DNA of 54,892 nucleotides, filler included, from Catajapyx aquilonaris (GCA_000934665.2; 2 parts of 2 records of this genome joined end to end with filler, not necessarily neighbours in it), one strand, 5' to 3'. Counted from the first letter of the whole stretch, positions 1-27,043 are shown. Notes: generated by a model not told the origin, from the sequence alone. Program-made: numbers and translations.

Positions 1-611
1 CCTCGCCTACTTGTTGACGACGAATTTGCTCAATTTTGCGTCTGAAAGTTGCCGACTCCTATCCGGGGATCAAAAGAAGTGCAGAGGTAGACAGCGAAAA
101 AAAATGGCTGGCGTGTGGGACCCAACGTTGACCCAACATGACTGCCGGCGGCCAGTTTATCAGCCACACAGGCCTTTCATGTTCGAAGGGCCAATTTATA
201 AAGAAATGTTTGATAACTTAAATTTCAATTTTTCAAACAAGGGTAAATTGCAACAACTGATTTTTTGTGATGACATTTTTTTACTAACAGATCAAGTCTA
301 CTTATTTATTAATATTATACCGTACAAGCCCTATCTCCTGGGCTTACACTTGTGGTAGTGCGGATCCAGCTTCCTCTTTACAACTCTGCTGACTGCGACT
401 GGCTCCTCTCTGGCCACTGATGGCCGCTTTGGAGATTCCCTAGAACTTCTAGTCCCCTTTGCTGAAGTTGCAGTCTGCACCACTGCAGCTACAATTGGGG
501 TTAGTCACGCCAGTAGAAACATGCTCCGCTGTCGGTGAACCAAACACCAACGTCACAGTGTGCTTCGGCTGAATGTGGGCCTCTACTTTGCTCTTGCATC
601 TGAAAGCTTCA

Positions 612-2069
612 TCACAATGGGGGCAACACCAGTTTTTGGGGAACCTTTTTATGTGTCCTCATGTGATGGTAAAGAGCATTTTTCGACTTCATGCATTTCC
701 CACATTCTCCGCAAACATGAGATTCATCTTCCATGTGCAGCAACTTGTGCTCTTTCAAATTACTTGCTCTACCAAAAGCCTTACCACACACGTCACATTC
801 AAAGGGCCTTTCCCCAGTGTGAGTCAAGCCATGCCTTACCAAATTACCCTTCGTAGTGAATGGCATTCCGCACAAGGCGCAATTGAACCTACTCTCTGAG
901 CATGCCTCCGTATGCTTCTTCAAGTGACGCTTCAGGTACATCTCATTCTTGAAAGTGGAGGGGCAGAGTTTGCATTTGAATACTTGTGTCAGCTCAGTAT
1001 GCTTCAATTGCTTGTGAAGTTTCAAGTAATCCACAGACTTAAACCTACTGTTGCAAACATCACAAGGAAAGGTTTTCTCTTTCGCATGTGCACTTGCATG
1101 CCTCTTCAAGTCAGCGTCGGATTTAAATGGCTTGTTGCACACTCTGCAAACATGAATTTGCTCGTGCACTTTAATGTGTGCCAAAACTGCTCCTTCTCTA
1201 ACGAAGGACTTGTTGCAAACATGACACACGAATTTACCACCAGCGTCATGGGAGGAAGCGTGAAGCTGCAGCCTGACCTCGGAAAAGAAGGACTTGTTGC
1301 ATCTGGTGCACTTGTGGGGCTTCTCTCCCTGATGGGATTCCTTGTGCTTGCTCAAAGATCCCAAATTCTTGCATATCTTGCCACAAACATCACACGGGAA
1401 GGCACTGTGGGAGCGTCTGTGGGCCTTAGCCTTCTTTTCCTCATCAAAAACCACTCCGCAGATGGGGCAAGGGAAAGAATAGCTTGCCTACAAAAAAAAA
1501 TAGCACAAAATTTAGAAAAAATCAGTTTCACCTTGTCACCACTGCAGCTTCCAATGCTATGTGACCCACCCTTGCTATCTCCATGCTATCATCAGAATGG
1601 TTCTGCTTTTCCATCCTGAAGCTCTTCAGAATTTCCGTTGTTGGAGGACCTCGGACTGATTCTGAATCTGGCTTGACACCGACAGTCAAGATCAAGCCAC
1701 TGTCCGCAGCCGAGTTTTCACCCTCCTCCTCCTCCTCGTCATGTCCCGCTGACAGCTGAAATTAAATGTGCGCTTGTTAATTGCCATATTAAAGTCCCGT
1801 GGGTTACGATCTGATTCCACATGTTGCTCTCTCATACACTTTACTGGCATGCCAAAGGTGATCCACATGCTCACCTCTCCCTCACTGCCGCCTTCGTCTT
1901 CCATTTTCACATGGTCATCAACGCCTGAAACGTATTCCTCGATGAAGCCAGGCGTCTCCTCCTCCTGGTCAGGCGTCTCCTCCTTGAACCGGAGGAGCCA
2001 AGTCTCCTCCGTAGTCATCTCCTCGTCCTCATCCTCCGCTTCCTTCTTGATGGTCGGAATGGTAGACAT
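612..2069 (-). CDS. Multi-C2H2 zinc-finger protein (acidic N-terminus plus 10 fingers; ~418 aa to the first stop)
   Basis: Phase-consistent exons 2069-1875, 1755-1570 and 1487-612 with GT..AG introns. The last exon encodes 10 C-x2-C-x12-H-x3/4-H fingers (e.g. FECDVCGKAFGRASNLKEHKLLH) and a TGERPF linker. The exon-2 donor is the least certain junction. Coding-like sequence continues in shifted frames to 331 (see findings). Confidence 0.88.
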
Positions 2070-2805
2070 GGTCCTGGCTGCGGTTGAAAAAATTATTACT
2101 AGCAACAGATGCTGTGGCATAATGTAATGGCCAAGATTTCCTACCCAATTTATATAATCACACACAGAGAGAGGTTGTTTGTTTGTTTGTCCAGGGTCGG
2201 TTACCACACGCCTGAAACTGGGCTGTCGAGACAACTGGTAGCCGCAATGGCTGCCTTCCCCGTATCCCCACGCCTTCCCCCTTCCTTTTGGACCACGACA
2301 GGATCGGCCCCGCTTCTTAATTAACTAATTAATGACGATTAATTTACCTGAAGAAAGAAGAAGCACGTGAGCAGAAAGAAGAGCACGCCCGTCGCTATTC
2401 ACTTGTTGAATCCACAGCTGTTATGCTATTCTGCGCCTCGGTTAGCAGCTAATGTCGTTAAGCGAATTCAGCTTAGCCGCTATTTGTGGTTGGGGCGCAT
2501 TCCGACGGCTGACAAAAGTCAGGGACGGACTTATGCGCTATTATAAACGCGACGGCTAGTGTAACCGCTACTCTCGCTAACAAGTTATTTCAATGGGAGT
2601 GAAAAATATTACACAATTAAAGTTACGATTAACCTGCCTTAATTACTGATTACTTCAATTAACTATTAATTACTTTGTTCAGGGGAAAATCGAGTGTTGT
2701 AGGCAGGACGTGGCTAAATTATGGTGAGAAAATGTAAATTCAATTTATTAAATATTAATTTTTGTCGTTGAAATAAAAGAGCGTTGTCCTAATTGTGCTA
2801 CTGCC

Positions 2806-2865
<60 letters not shown>
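2806..2865. repeat. (AAT)n microsatellite
   Basis: About 20 perfect AAT units, read directly. Confidence 0.97.
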
Positions 2866-2866
<1 letters not shown>

Positions 2867-2951
2867 ATACATACATTTCACGGCATATTCCCATCAAGAT
2901 GGGGTTACCAGCGATGACCAGGTAGGCCTTACAGTCCACCTGGCCATCTCG

Positions 2952-2993
2952 AATAAATAATATAATAATATAATAATATAATAATATAATAAC

Positions 2994-3078
<85 letters not shown>
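2952..3078. repeat. (AAT)n microsatellite with degenerate 5' part
   Basis: Perfect AAT array at ~2996-3078, preceded by degenerate AT-rich units. Confidence 0.95.
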
Positions 3079-3080
<2 letters not shown>

Positions 3081-4148
3081 ACCACTCCCATTTGAATATT
3101 ATTGGCGTACTTTTCTGGTGAAAATAATATGGAAGGATTTGTACTACAAACATCAATATCATTTTAAACCTGTCGAGGGGGAAAAATATTTAAATATCAA
3201 ATATCATCATTTTGGCTTCCGACTTCTTTTCCTTTGCTTATCACAAATATGCGATTAATTAATCCGAAATGCTCGTTACATGTCTGTTAATTGAAGATCC
3301 AGGCGAACTTCTCAAGTTCGCGTTAAAGATATTTAACACTGCTAAATATTAACAGAGTAGGATGGCCCGGGATGGCCGTTCGAAAGGTTAAGGTAAGGTT
3401 TTCATCACATTTATTACATTTAAAATGCAAGTATAACATGATTATGCAGTGGACATCATTACAGTCATTACCGATCTTGCATCGGCCAGAGATTCACAAG
3501 GTAAATAATAAGAGTTTGTGTATTGCAATGGTTCGACACAGAATAATTTCCTCAAATCACCATTTAACAATATTCCTTTAGAGATTTTAAAAAAAAACTA
3601 CAAATAAAATCCATTCCTTCAATTAATCGTGACCACGTGAGCTTTATGAGTACAGCGACTGCGCTCAGATAATCAAGTTGCTGGAAATTATGAGGGAGCT
3701 TCCCATATAAATGAACACACTTATGTCTCTTGGTAATGTTGCTCTCGAGCAAACATGTCCAACTGCCACTGTGGCAGCGCACCAGCGTTAAATTTGCATT
3801 GTTTCCAGGCAAGTGGCGGAGAGGATATTATTTTCAGCGTGACTTATTGTGGCAGTAGGTCCCACTTACCCGGGTGTTCCTTATTATACGGGAGTACCTT
3901 TGAGCAACACACATGAAGCGAGTAATCATCACAAGGAAACTACACGTCCACCTTCTCACAAAGTGGTGCTTGCTGGATTAATATTGTTATTTTCTCATTT
4001 TTGCTTTCATTAGTTACATGAAGTAGCGTACAGGCGAGTACCTTCACGATTACTCTCACCACGTTTAGTGCAGAAAATCATTCAGGTAATTAAAAATTAA
4101 TGCTATAATCTATCCCATTAAGTGATACGTAAATAAAAATTAAAGATG

Positions 4149-7100
4149 TTACCTTCTAAATAACCTCCTAAGCATTCCAGGTATAGATCTGCTACTCCTG
4201 ACTTGTGTAGCTTCCATATTACGCTTTGTCAAAAGAGTGTCCGGATGGTCATGACCCAACACCTTTTCCCGCTTATTCAAAACCTCCCTGTATGCCCGCA
4301 AGGCTTCATTGTACCTGCCTTGGTCATCTAACACATTGGCCATGTTCATCTTTGTGCAAAGAGTGTCCGGATGGTCATGACCCAACACTTTTTCCTGCTT
4401 ATCCATAACCTCCCTGTATACCCGCCAGGCTTCCTCATGATTTCCTTGATTCCGTAACACCACTGCCACACCCATCTTTGTCCTAAGAGTGTCCGGATGG
4501 TCATGGCCCAACACTTTTTCCTGCTTATTCAAAACCTCCCTGTATGCCCGCAAGGGTTCCTCGTAATTTCCTTGGTTCTGTAACACCCCTGCCATGTTCA
4601 TCTTTGTCCTAAGAGTGTCCGGATGGTCATGACCCAACACTTTTTCCCGCTTATTCAAAACCTCCCTGTACGCCCGCAAGGCTTCCTCATTATTTCCTTG
4701 ATCCTGTAACACCCCTGCCACACCCATCTTCGTCTTAAGAGTATCCGGATGGTCGTGACGCAACACTTTTTCCTGCTTATTCAACACCTCCCTGTATGCC
4801 CGCAAGGCTTCATCGTAATTTCCTTGATTCCGTAACACCACTGCCATGTTCACCTTTGTCTTAAGAGTGTCTGGATGGTCATGACCCAACACTTTTTCCT
4901 GCTTATTCAAAACCTCCCTGTATATCCGCAAGGCTTCGTCATAATTCCCTTGGTTCTGTAGCACCAGTGCCACACCCATCTTTGTGGCAAGAGTGTCCGG
5001 ATGGTCATGACCCAACACTTTTTCCCTCTTATCCAAAACCTCCCTGTATGCCCGCAAGGCTTCCTCATTATTTCCTTGATCCTGTAACACCCCTGCCACA
5101 CCCATCTTCGTCTTAAGAGTGCCCGGATGGTCATGACCCAACACTTTTTCCTGCTTATTCAAGTATACCCGCAGGGCTTCCTCGTAATTTCCTTGATTCC
5201 ATAGCACCACTGCCATACCCATCTTTGTCCCAAGAGTGTCCGGATGGTCATGACCCAACATTTTTTCCTGCTTATTCAAAACCTCCCTGTTTGCCCGCAA
5301 GGCTTCGTCGTAATTTCCTTGATTCCATAGCACCCCTGCCATGTTCACCTTTGTCTCAAGAGTGTCCGGATGGTCATGACCCAACACTCTTTCCCTCTTC
5401 TCCAAAACATCCCTGTAAACCCACAAGGCTTCGTCGTACTTCCCTTGGTTCTGTAGCATGCAGGCCCCGTCATGCTTTGTCCGAAGAGTGTCTGGATGGT
5501 CGTAACCTAACACTTCCTCCTCCTTCACCAACACTCTCCTGTAGAATGCTAAAGCCTCGTTCCACTTGCCCGCTTCACGTAGGGAGTGAGCAGAATCGAC
5601 CACTTCCTTCCATGCCCTCATCTGATCATGATGTTGTTTTGAGTAGTGTGTCCCACTGGCATCCCCAGCTCCATCCTGCCCACCTCCACTCGACGCGCGA
5701 TGACTACCCTTCGAATCGTCCATCCCCTTTGCTGCTCCCTTGCATCCAATACCATCACTTCCAGATGACGGTATTGTCTCGTCACCTGTGTCCTTGTCCA
5801 CTTGAGTGCTGCCCTGTCCTTTTCCTACCCCGAGTCTTCTCCTACTAGTTTCGGGGCTGTCCAGCTTGAGTCCTGCAGTGGCCTCACTTAATGATCCTCC
5901 TCCTTGTTCACCTGAGACGATATGCTCATTCTGTGGAGACATGATCGGGACCTGAAAGAGGCAAGTGGACGTCTTCACTTCTTCGCGTTATCTGTAAATC
6001 TTCGTTAAAATGTAACAATAACCTACCGTCCGATTTATTTATCACTTCCAACTCAAGAATTGGATTTCAAAACAGACATCGTCACATGAAAACGATTGCC
6101 CTGTTTACTGGCTTGAAATCCATAGTACTTCCTGGATTCCTCTTTTTTTCAAATATTTCAGGAAGAAGAGATAGGTCATACGGACAAGAAAAAATAAATT
6201 GACATGTACATTTTGTTGCTAAGCTGGCCAGTATTGTTATTCATCTGATTGCCCTTCAACAGGTGGATGAATTATGTTGGCAGCAAATCACGAGATTTTG
6301 ACATGACCAATATCACTCATCAGCATGTGAAATCAGATGAGCAACAGTCCTCTTTAAAATGACGTGAAATCATATTAAATTATTAGCAATAATCACGGTT
6401 GGAAACAACGCTGATTTCAAATGAAATGTTTACAAATTATTTCTATCGCTCACCGTTTTTGAGCAATCGGCATTTTGAGCAATCGGCATGTTTGAAATCC
6501 CACATGATCTGTAATTTGTGAGTCAGCAATGATCAATATGGCTTAATTAATGGATTCATTATGTGGCCCCTATTGTGGTACCAGTAGATAAACAGTTAAA
6601 ATTGTTACATGAAGCAATTGTTGCCTAAATGATAGTGACATCGGGCTGTGCGTAGAAGGGCCTACTGCCGGGACAGTAAGGTCTGCTACAAGAAAATAGA
6701 TGCCGATAGAAATGCTGATTTAATATTCAGAATCAGCGGCTATGAATGGATAAGAAGTACCCTAGCTGAAATATTGTTCATGTAACAAAATTATTGCTGG
6801 CCAGTTTAATTTTCCATAAGGGAGGAGAAAGATGATAAATACCTGAGTCGACTGCTGATCTTGATCAGTGTCTACAGATGTTTTACTCTCGTTCAGCCTG
6901 TAATGAAACCCAGAGAAAGAAATTAAAATAAAGAGTAACATAAATGGGGAATATATCATTAAATAAGACACAGTTGATCTGTTGGTGGCATGGCAAAACA
7001 TGTGACAATAAAATAAGCATGACCTTCACCCCTACCTAGCTAGAGTTAGGGAGAGGCTGAATGTTTCAGGGTTCAACTCAAAATAAATTCATTCTTACGC

Positions 7101-7601
7101 TGGCTCAGTGGGCATATAAATTTGAATTGATGGTGATATGATCTTTTTTTGGCCAGAAGATATAAAAGCAAAAAAATTTGAACTCATCTACGTTAGTAGG
7201 TGTTAGTCTTTAATCTTAAATTAACATTATGTGCAAAGTATGCGAATGGATTACCTAGCTTCTGATGGAATCCCATGTTTGTCCATCTCGTCTTTCAGGT
7301 ACATGGACAGATAAAAATGCCTTTCCTCGACAGCAAAATACGAGGCGGTCTTTCCATCCTTGGTCTTGGCCAAAAGGTCAGCTCCCTTCTGGACCAGGAA
7401 CTTGGCCACCATCAGATGACCAGCCCTGGCCGCAACATGCAAGGGAGTGACCAGCTCGTTGGTTCGGATGTCCACCTGGGCACCATGGTCCAGCAGGAGA
7501 CGGCATATTTGCACGCTGCCTTTCTCCGCCGCTTCGTGCAGAGCAGATCTGCCCAACTCGTCTTGGGCATCGGCGTCACATTGAGACTGGGACAGCAGCA
7601 T
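4149..7601 (-). CDS. Ankyrin-repeat + TPR-array protein (kinesin-light-chain/nephrocystin-3-type 42-aa TPRs), ~734 aa model
   Basis: The ANK exon 7601-7255 (GRSALHEAA, VTPLHVAA, GKTASYFAV) ends in phase 2. Micro-exon 6897-6843 starts in phase 2 and ends in phase 0. The large exon 5951-4149 starts in phase 0 (VPIMSPQ...) and encodes 11 LGHDHPDTL-type repeats. Domain identities are clear, but exon joining is inferred from phase. The start and the final exon are uncertain: the stop overlaps a GTAA donor at 4152. Confidence 0.75.
4222..5600 (-). repeat. Coding tandem array of 126-bp TPR units (11 copies, one with a 9-bp deletion)
   Basis: Near-identical DNA units containing 'agagtgtccggatggtcatgacccaacac' recur every 126 bp. 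One unit reads ALRVYLNKQ instead of ALRxYREVLNKQ. Confidence 0.93.
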
Positions 7602-8104
7602 CTTGTTTGATAACAGTGCTTCTTTGAGGAAGTCCTTGAAAAAGCTTCTCAAGTGTTTGCAGGTTGAAAATAACAATTATCTAGATACCACTTGGGGTTT
7701 ATATCGCCCCAACCCACTGGTCAATAATCCATATTTGCAATCAGATAAGATGGGCTCAAAGTGTGAATGGGTCACCTTGACTATATACGGCTCATAACAT
7801 GTGAAAATGGGGATTACGTGATTATTTACTGAATGCTCGTCGCTGCCACCACCACCCAAACTACAATAATATTTAAATGTGCCATAACTGACCACATCGT
7901 CTACTTTTCTTACAGGATCAAAGGCAAGTCTGCTAAGGTTTTATCAGAAAATACAGCTACAAATTCCAATAATAAACCGCGGGGAGAGGTTCAACAGTGT
8001 TATCGTGCACAATTGCAGTTGAAGGGATGCCTGCGTATTTCTCGAGATTTTTCTCTACGACTTGTTAGGTCAAATGGGAAGTGTTGACTGGTGCTACGTT
8101 ACTA

Positions 8105-8488
8105 TTACCCTGGAGGAGAGGAGATTAGAGGGAGGTGAGGGAGCATGAGCTGTAGCAAACCCGAAAGCTGGAGACATTTGAGGGCATTTGAGAGAGAGGC
8201 ATGAACGGTAACGAACCACAGGACGCTGCAAGTTGTCACCCGGCTGCAGTTGTGCAAGGTCAGCTCTCTCAGCTGGCGGCATCTGGAAGCTACGGCGTCA
8301 ATGGATCTGTACTTCAGGTTGGGGCATGAGCAAATCTCCAGTCTTTCCAGGTCCCCAAAATACTCTGGCCTGAAGAGTTCCTGGAACTTGATTAGTTTCG
8401 CCTTACCCCAATCGACTTTGAGATGGCGCAAACGCTTCAAACATCTGATCACAACACTATATTCATCCAAGAAACTACTCCAGGTGAA
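8105..8488 (-). pseudogene. Orphan cysteine-containing LRR (FBXL/AMN1-like) exon or gene fragment
   Basis: The ORF reads LERLEICSCPNLKYRSIDAVASRCRQLRELTLHNCSRVT, the LxxLxLxxCxxL pattern of F-box/LRR proteins. It has no in-frame ATG at its 5' end and lies only ~150 nt downstream of the MCM6 poly(A) signal. Confidence 0.5.
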
Positions 8489-8677
8489 TTAAATGTAATG
8501 ATTACCCGCTATTAGTCACCAAATATGGAAGAAAGCAGAAGGACGAAAATCCCACCCATTACATTAATTCCATGCATATTGTACCAGGGAGCCTGCAATG
8601 AAAAGACACCGCCTGATTTCTTATTGAACAAACCATTTATTATTAAATGCAGGACATAATAGTTGAACAAACATCAC

Positions 8678-12514
<3,837 letters not shown>

Positions 12515-13175
12515 CCTCCTTCAGGCCTTCCAGAGAGCGGGACACGCGCCGAGAGGGGACAGAACAGCCCGAAAGGGACTAAGGGAGAAGAGATGATAAT
12601 GGAACGCACAATGGACAATGGCGACGGGTTGCCGCCAACTGAAGGAGCTTCCCACTGTGGCCGTCAGATGGCAGGTCGGGCTGGGAGGCTGGAAGAAGCA
12701 CAGCTGTTGCTAACAGGTAATAGTTGTCTACAAACGGCTATGGATGCGAATCCGGCTGTACTTTTCGAGTCAGCGCACATTAGAGAGGCAGGGCCTACCA
12801 GTGGCGGTCTAAAACCGGTTCATTAACCAAGTACGACGTCGCTATAAACATATAGAATGTACTATCGACCGCAGATTGTAGTCGCTAGCCGCTAGTCCGT
12901 AGCAGCTACTTTCAACTTTCAAAATTATTCCGCCAGATGTCACCGCCAGTGCAATGACCGCCATTTTGAATCCACAATTGGACACAACAGCGTAGCCAAC
13001 AGCTCTTCTTAAAATACATTCTAATTTTGTGCACATTTCAAAATTAAAAATTTAATAACACACATTTAAAGTAACGGCGTTGTGTGCTATCATGTTAATT
13101 GTGCAATTATGATTAGACAATTTTTTTAAAAATGAGGTTGGCTACCCTGGCGTACTTGTCCATAGTAATTCAAAA
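12515..13175. promoter_or_regulatory. Bidirectional promoter region between MCM6 and ANKLE1
   Basis: The start codons diverge 661 bp apart across CpG-containing sequence. YY1/PHO-like AAAATGGC occurs at ~12960-12967 (minus) and ~13173-13180 (plus). Motif roles are inferred. Confidence 0.65.
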
Positions 13176-15128
13176 ATGGCCGCGTGCAACCGACGATTGT
13201 TTGAAGCCGCTCTTGACGGGGACGTGAGGTAATTAACGGGCCGCTAATTAGCATAGCCATCACATTGTATGGAGCCAGCACAATTTGAGCAAAAAAAAAA
13301 AGTCAAAAAAATAAAGTACGAATAATCATACATATATAAATGGGAAAGTTTGTCGGTATGTAGGTATGTCACGGCTATTTGACCCACTTCTGAACTGCTG
13401 AGAGTGATGAAACTTGGCACGCTGATGTATTACGTGCCGATGATTCTGGAACAAGTGCGAAAACCGCATTTTTTAAAAGTCTAAATGACATAAATGTAGT
13501 ATTTTCTGTTATTTTTTAAACAAGTTTGGTATTCATCTTAATTTACATTTATTTTTTTATTTTTTTCAAAATTATAATTAATTACTTCATGTACTGCAGG
13601 GACGTCCAACTCTGCCTGAAAAAGGGAGCCGACCCCACGGATTTGCGCAGCGGGAAAGGAGCATGTGCGCTCCACGTGGCGGCTGGAACCAGGGGCGGCC
13701 CCAGGGCGGCCCTGGACATGATGACCCTCATGCTGACCGATGCGGTGGATCCAAACATACGGACAGACGAAGGCGTTTCGCCATTACACATCGCAGCCAT
13801 GTTTGGACGCACAACCTTGCTCAAGACCCTATTGAGACTAGGGGCCGCCCCAGGTGTTCGGGATGACCAGGGGCGAACCCCGGCGCAGTACGCATGGCGG
13901 GAAGGACATTACGACGCCGCAATGTTACTCGACTCATGGCCGCAGAGGGACTCGGACAGTCTTAACGAGATGGGATCCCCAGATGAAAGTGTCGGACTTA
14001 ACACCGCATTTAACCTAACTGGATCTAGCGTTGGGCATGCTTCTGTTGCAACCAAAAGTACGAAGCGACGCTCGTCAGCGCATGAATCGGTGCGTACCAG
14101 TACGTCATCTGATTACCACACATGCAGCGCAGCTTCGGACGATTTATCTAAAAGGCTGGGCGCCCTAGCGTTAGACCCAGAGGAGTCAACCGAAAGCATG
14201 AAGTCCGACCTTCTCAGGCAGGAGCTTCAGAACCGTGGGTTCGACCCCGGCCCAATTACGCCTACGACGAAGCGAGTGTACCTGAAGCACCTGCGAATGA
14301 ATAAGCTGAATCCGACCCAACCTGAATCGTTAGGTAACCGGGGTTACATATTAATATGAGGGGGGGTGTTAAAATTTATAGTCGGACGCTCACTTCCATT
14401 TGCTGCACAGGTTTCTCTCGGGAGCTGACCCGCGCTTTGAATGACCCTGCGAAGTTCGACTGGGGTCGCGGGATGACCCTAGAGGACGAGCTGGTTCGGT
14501 CGCTCCGGACGTACGAGTCGCGCAGATGCTTCTACAACTACCTGCTGCTTGATCCGGGCGTACTTGCCAGCTGCACACGGTAATTCGGGCTAATTGCGCA
14601 CGTACTGATTAATAGCGTGTTTGTTTCATACCTAGGCCGAATGCGGACGATCCCGCTTACTTCCGCTGCTTTGCCACGTCCGTCTTTTACGTCGGGAAAG
14701 GCCGGGAGTCTCGAAGGCAGGACCACTTCAAGGAGGCGATGAGCGGAGTGAAATCAGGACCAAAAGCGGAGAGGATCAAGGCCATTTGGAAGTGCGGAAG
14801 AGGGGTCGTACCTGTGGAGATATGTCAGAACGGGACAAACGAGGAATCGCTCAGTCGAGAGGGTTCGCTCATATGTGCAATAGGTAAGTACGATCATCGC
14901 ATTAATTACAAGCAATACGTTACCGTTTCCGTAGGGCGATCGCATCTGACTAACCAGCGCGGAGGTGAATTCCACGGAGCGGCCAGATTCTGGAAGAACT
15001 CCGACCGCTGCCTTCTCGGGACGAAGCTGCTGCTTCAAGCCGCCAAGACGTTCAAGATGAACCCGACAGTCGAGCTTCGTCCGCAAAACTTGAAGCTGTC
15101 GCCATCAACGCCCAGAAGATGGCGCTAG
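13176..15128 (+). CDS. ANKLE1: Ankyrin repeat and LEM domain-containing GIY-YIG endonuclease ANKLE1/LEM-3 (5 exons, ~465 aa)
   Basis: Exons 13176-13228, 13600-14333, 14411-14579, 14636-14883 and 14935-15128 are phase-consistent (1398 nt). N-terminal ankyrin repeats, a LEM domain (LRQELQNRGFDPGPITPTTKRVYLKHL) and a GIY-YIG nuclease (YNYLLLDP...FYVGKG...R...E...LTN). AATAAA at 15226. Confidence 0.93.
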
Positions 15129-15398
15129 TACCTGCCCCCATATTCAGACTGCAAAATTTTACATATTTTTGCAAACAATTATTATTCGGAAATTGTTGTG
15201 ACAAAAAAGGACAATCATTTACAAGAATAAAATTCTTTTATTGAATTAGCGCAGCGTGTGTATATGAGCGGCAAACATATGCACACGTATCTCCCCAGGC
15301 TTTTTTTTTACATTTTTGTTTAGCGGCTCAATTATATTTTACAAAGTATCGTAATCGCAGATACCAGGTGGAGCCAGCTCCATTTTTTTGAGACTCCG

Positions 15399-27043
<11,645 letters not shown>

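Noticed and set aside
912..1619. 235-aa plus-strand ORF, and similar antisense ORFs such as 5225-5848, 16760-17392, 26055-26792 and 38376-39062
   Set aside because: They are shadows on the strand opposite real exons and have no recognisable domains.
2748..3162. Poly-Ile and poly-Tyr ORFs
   Set aside because: These are translations of AAT microsatellites.
3564..3980. Additional 3' exons of the TPR gene
   Set aside because: Candidate splice sites exist (donor ~3869, acceptor ~3598), but no unique, convincing coding model can be made without transcripts.
4222..5600. CRISPR-like array
   Set aside because: The units are in-frame 126-bp coding repeats without unique spacers, in a eukaryotic context with no cas genes.
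4149..5978. Kinesin light chain or nephrocystin-3 ortholog
   Set aside because: There is no heptad coiled-coil or NTPase region. The similarity is limited to the 42-aa TPR type, so no gene symbol was assigned.
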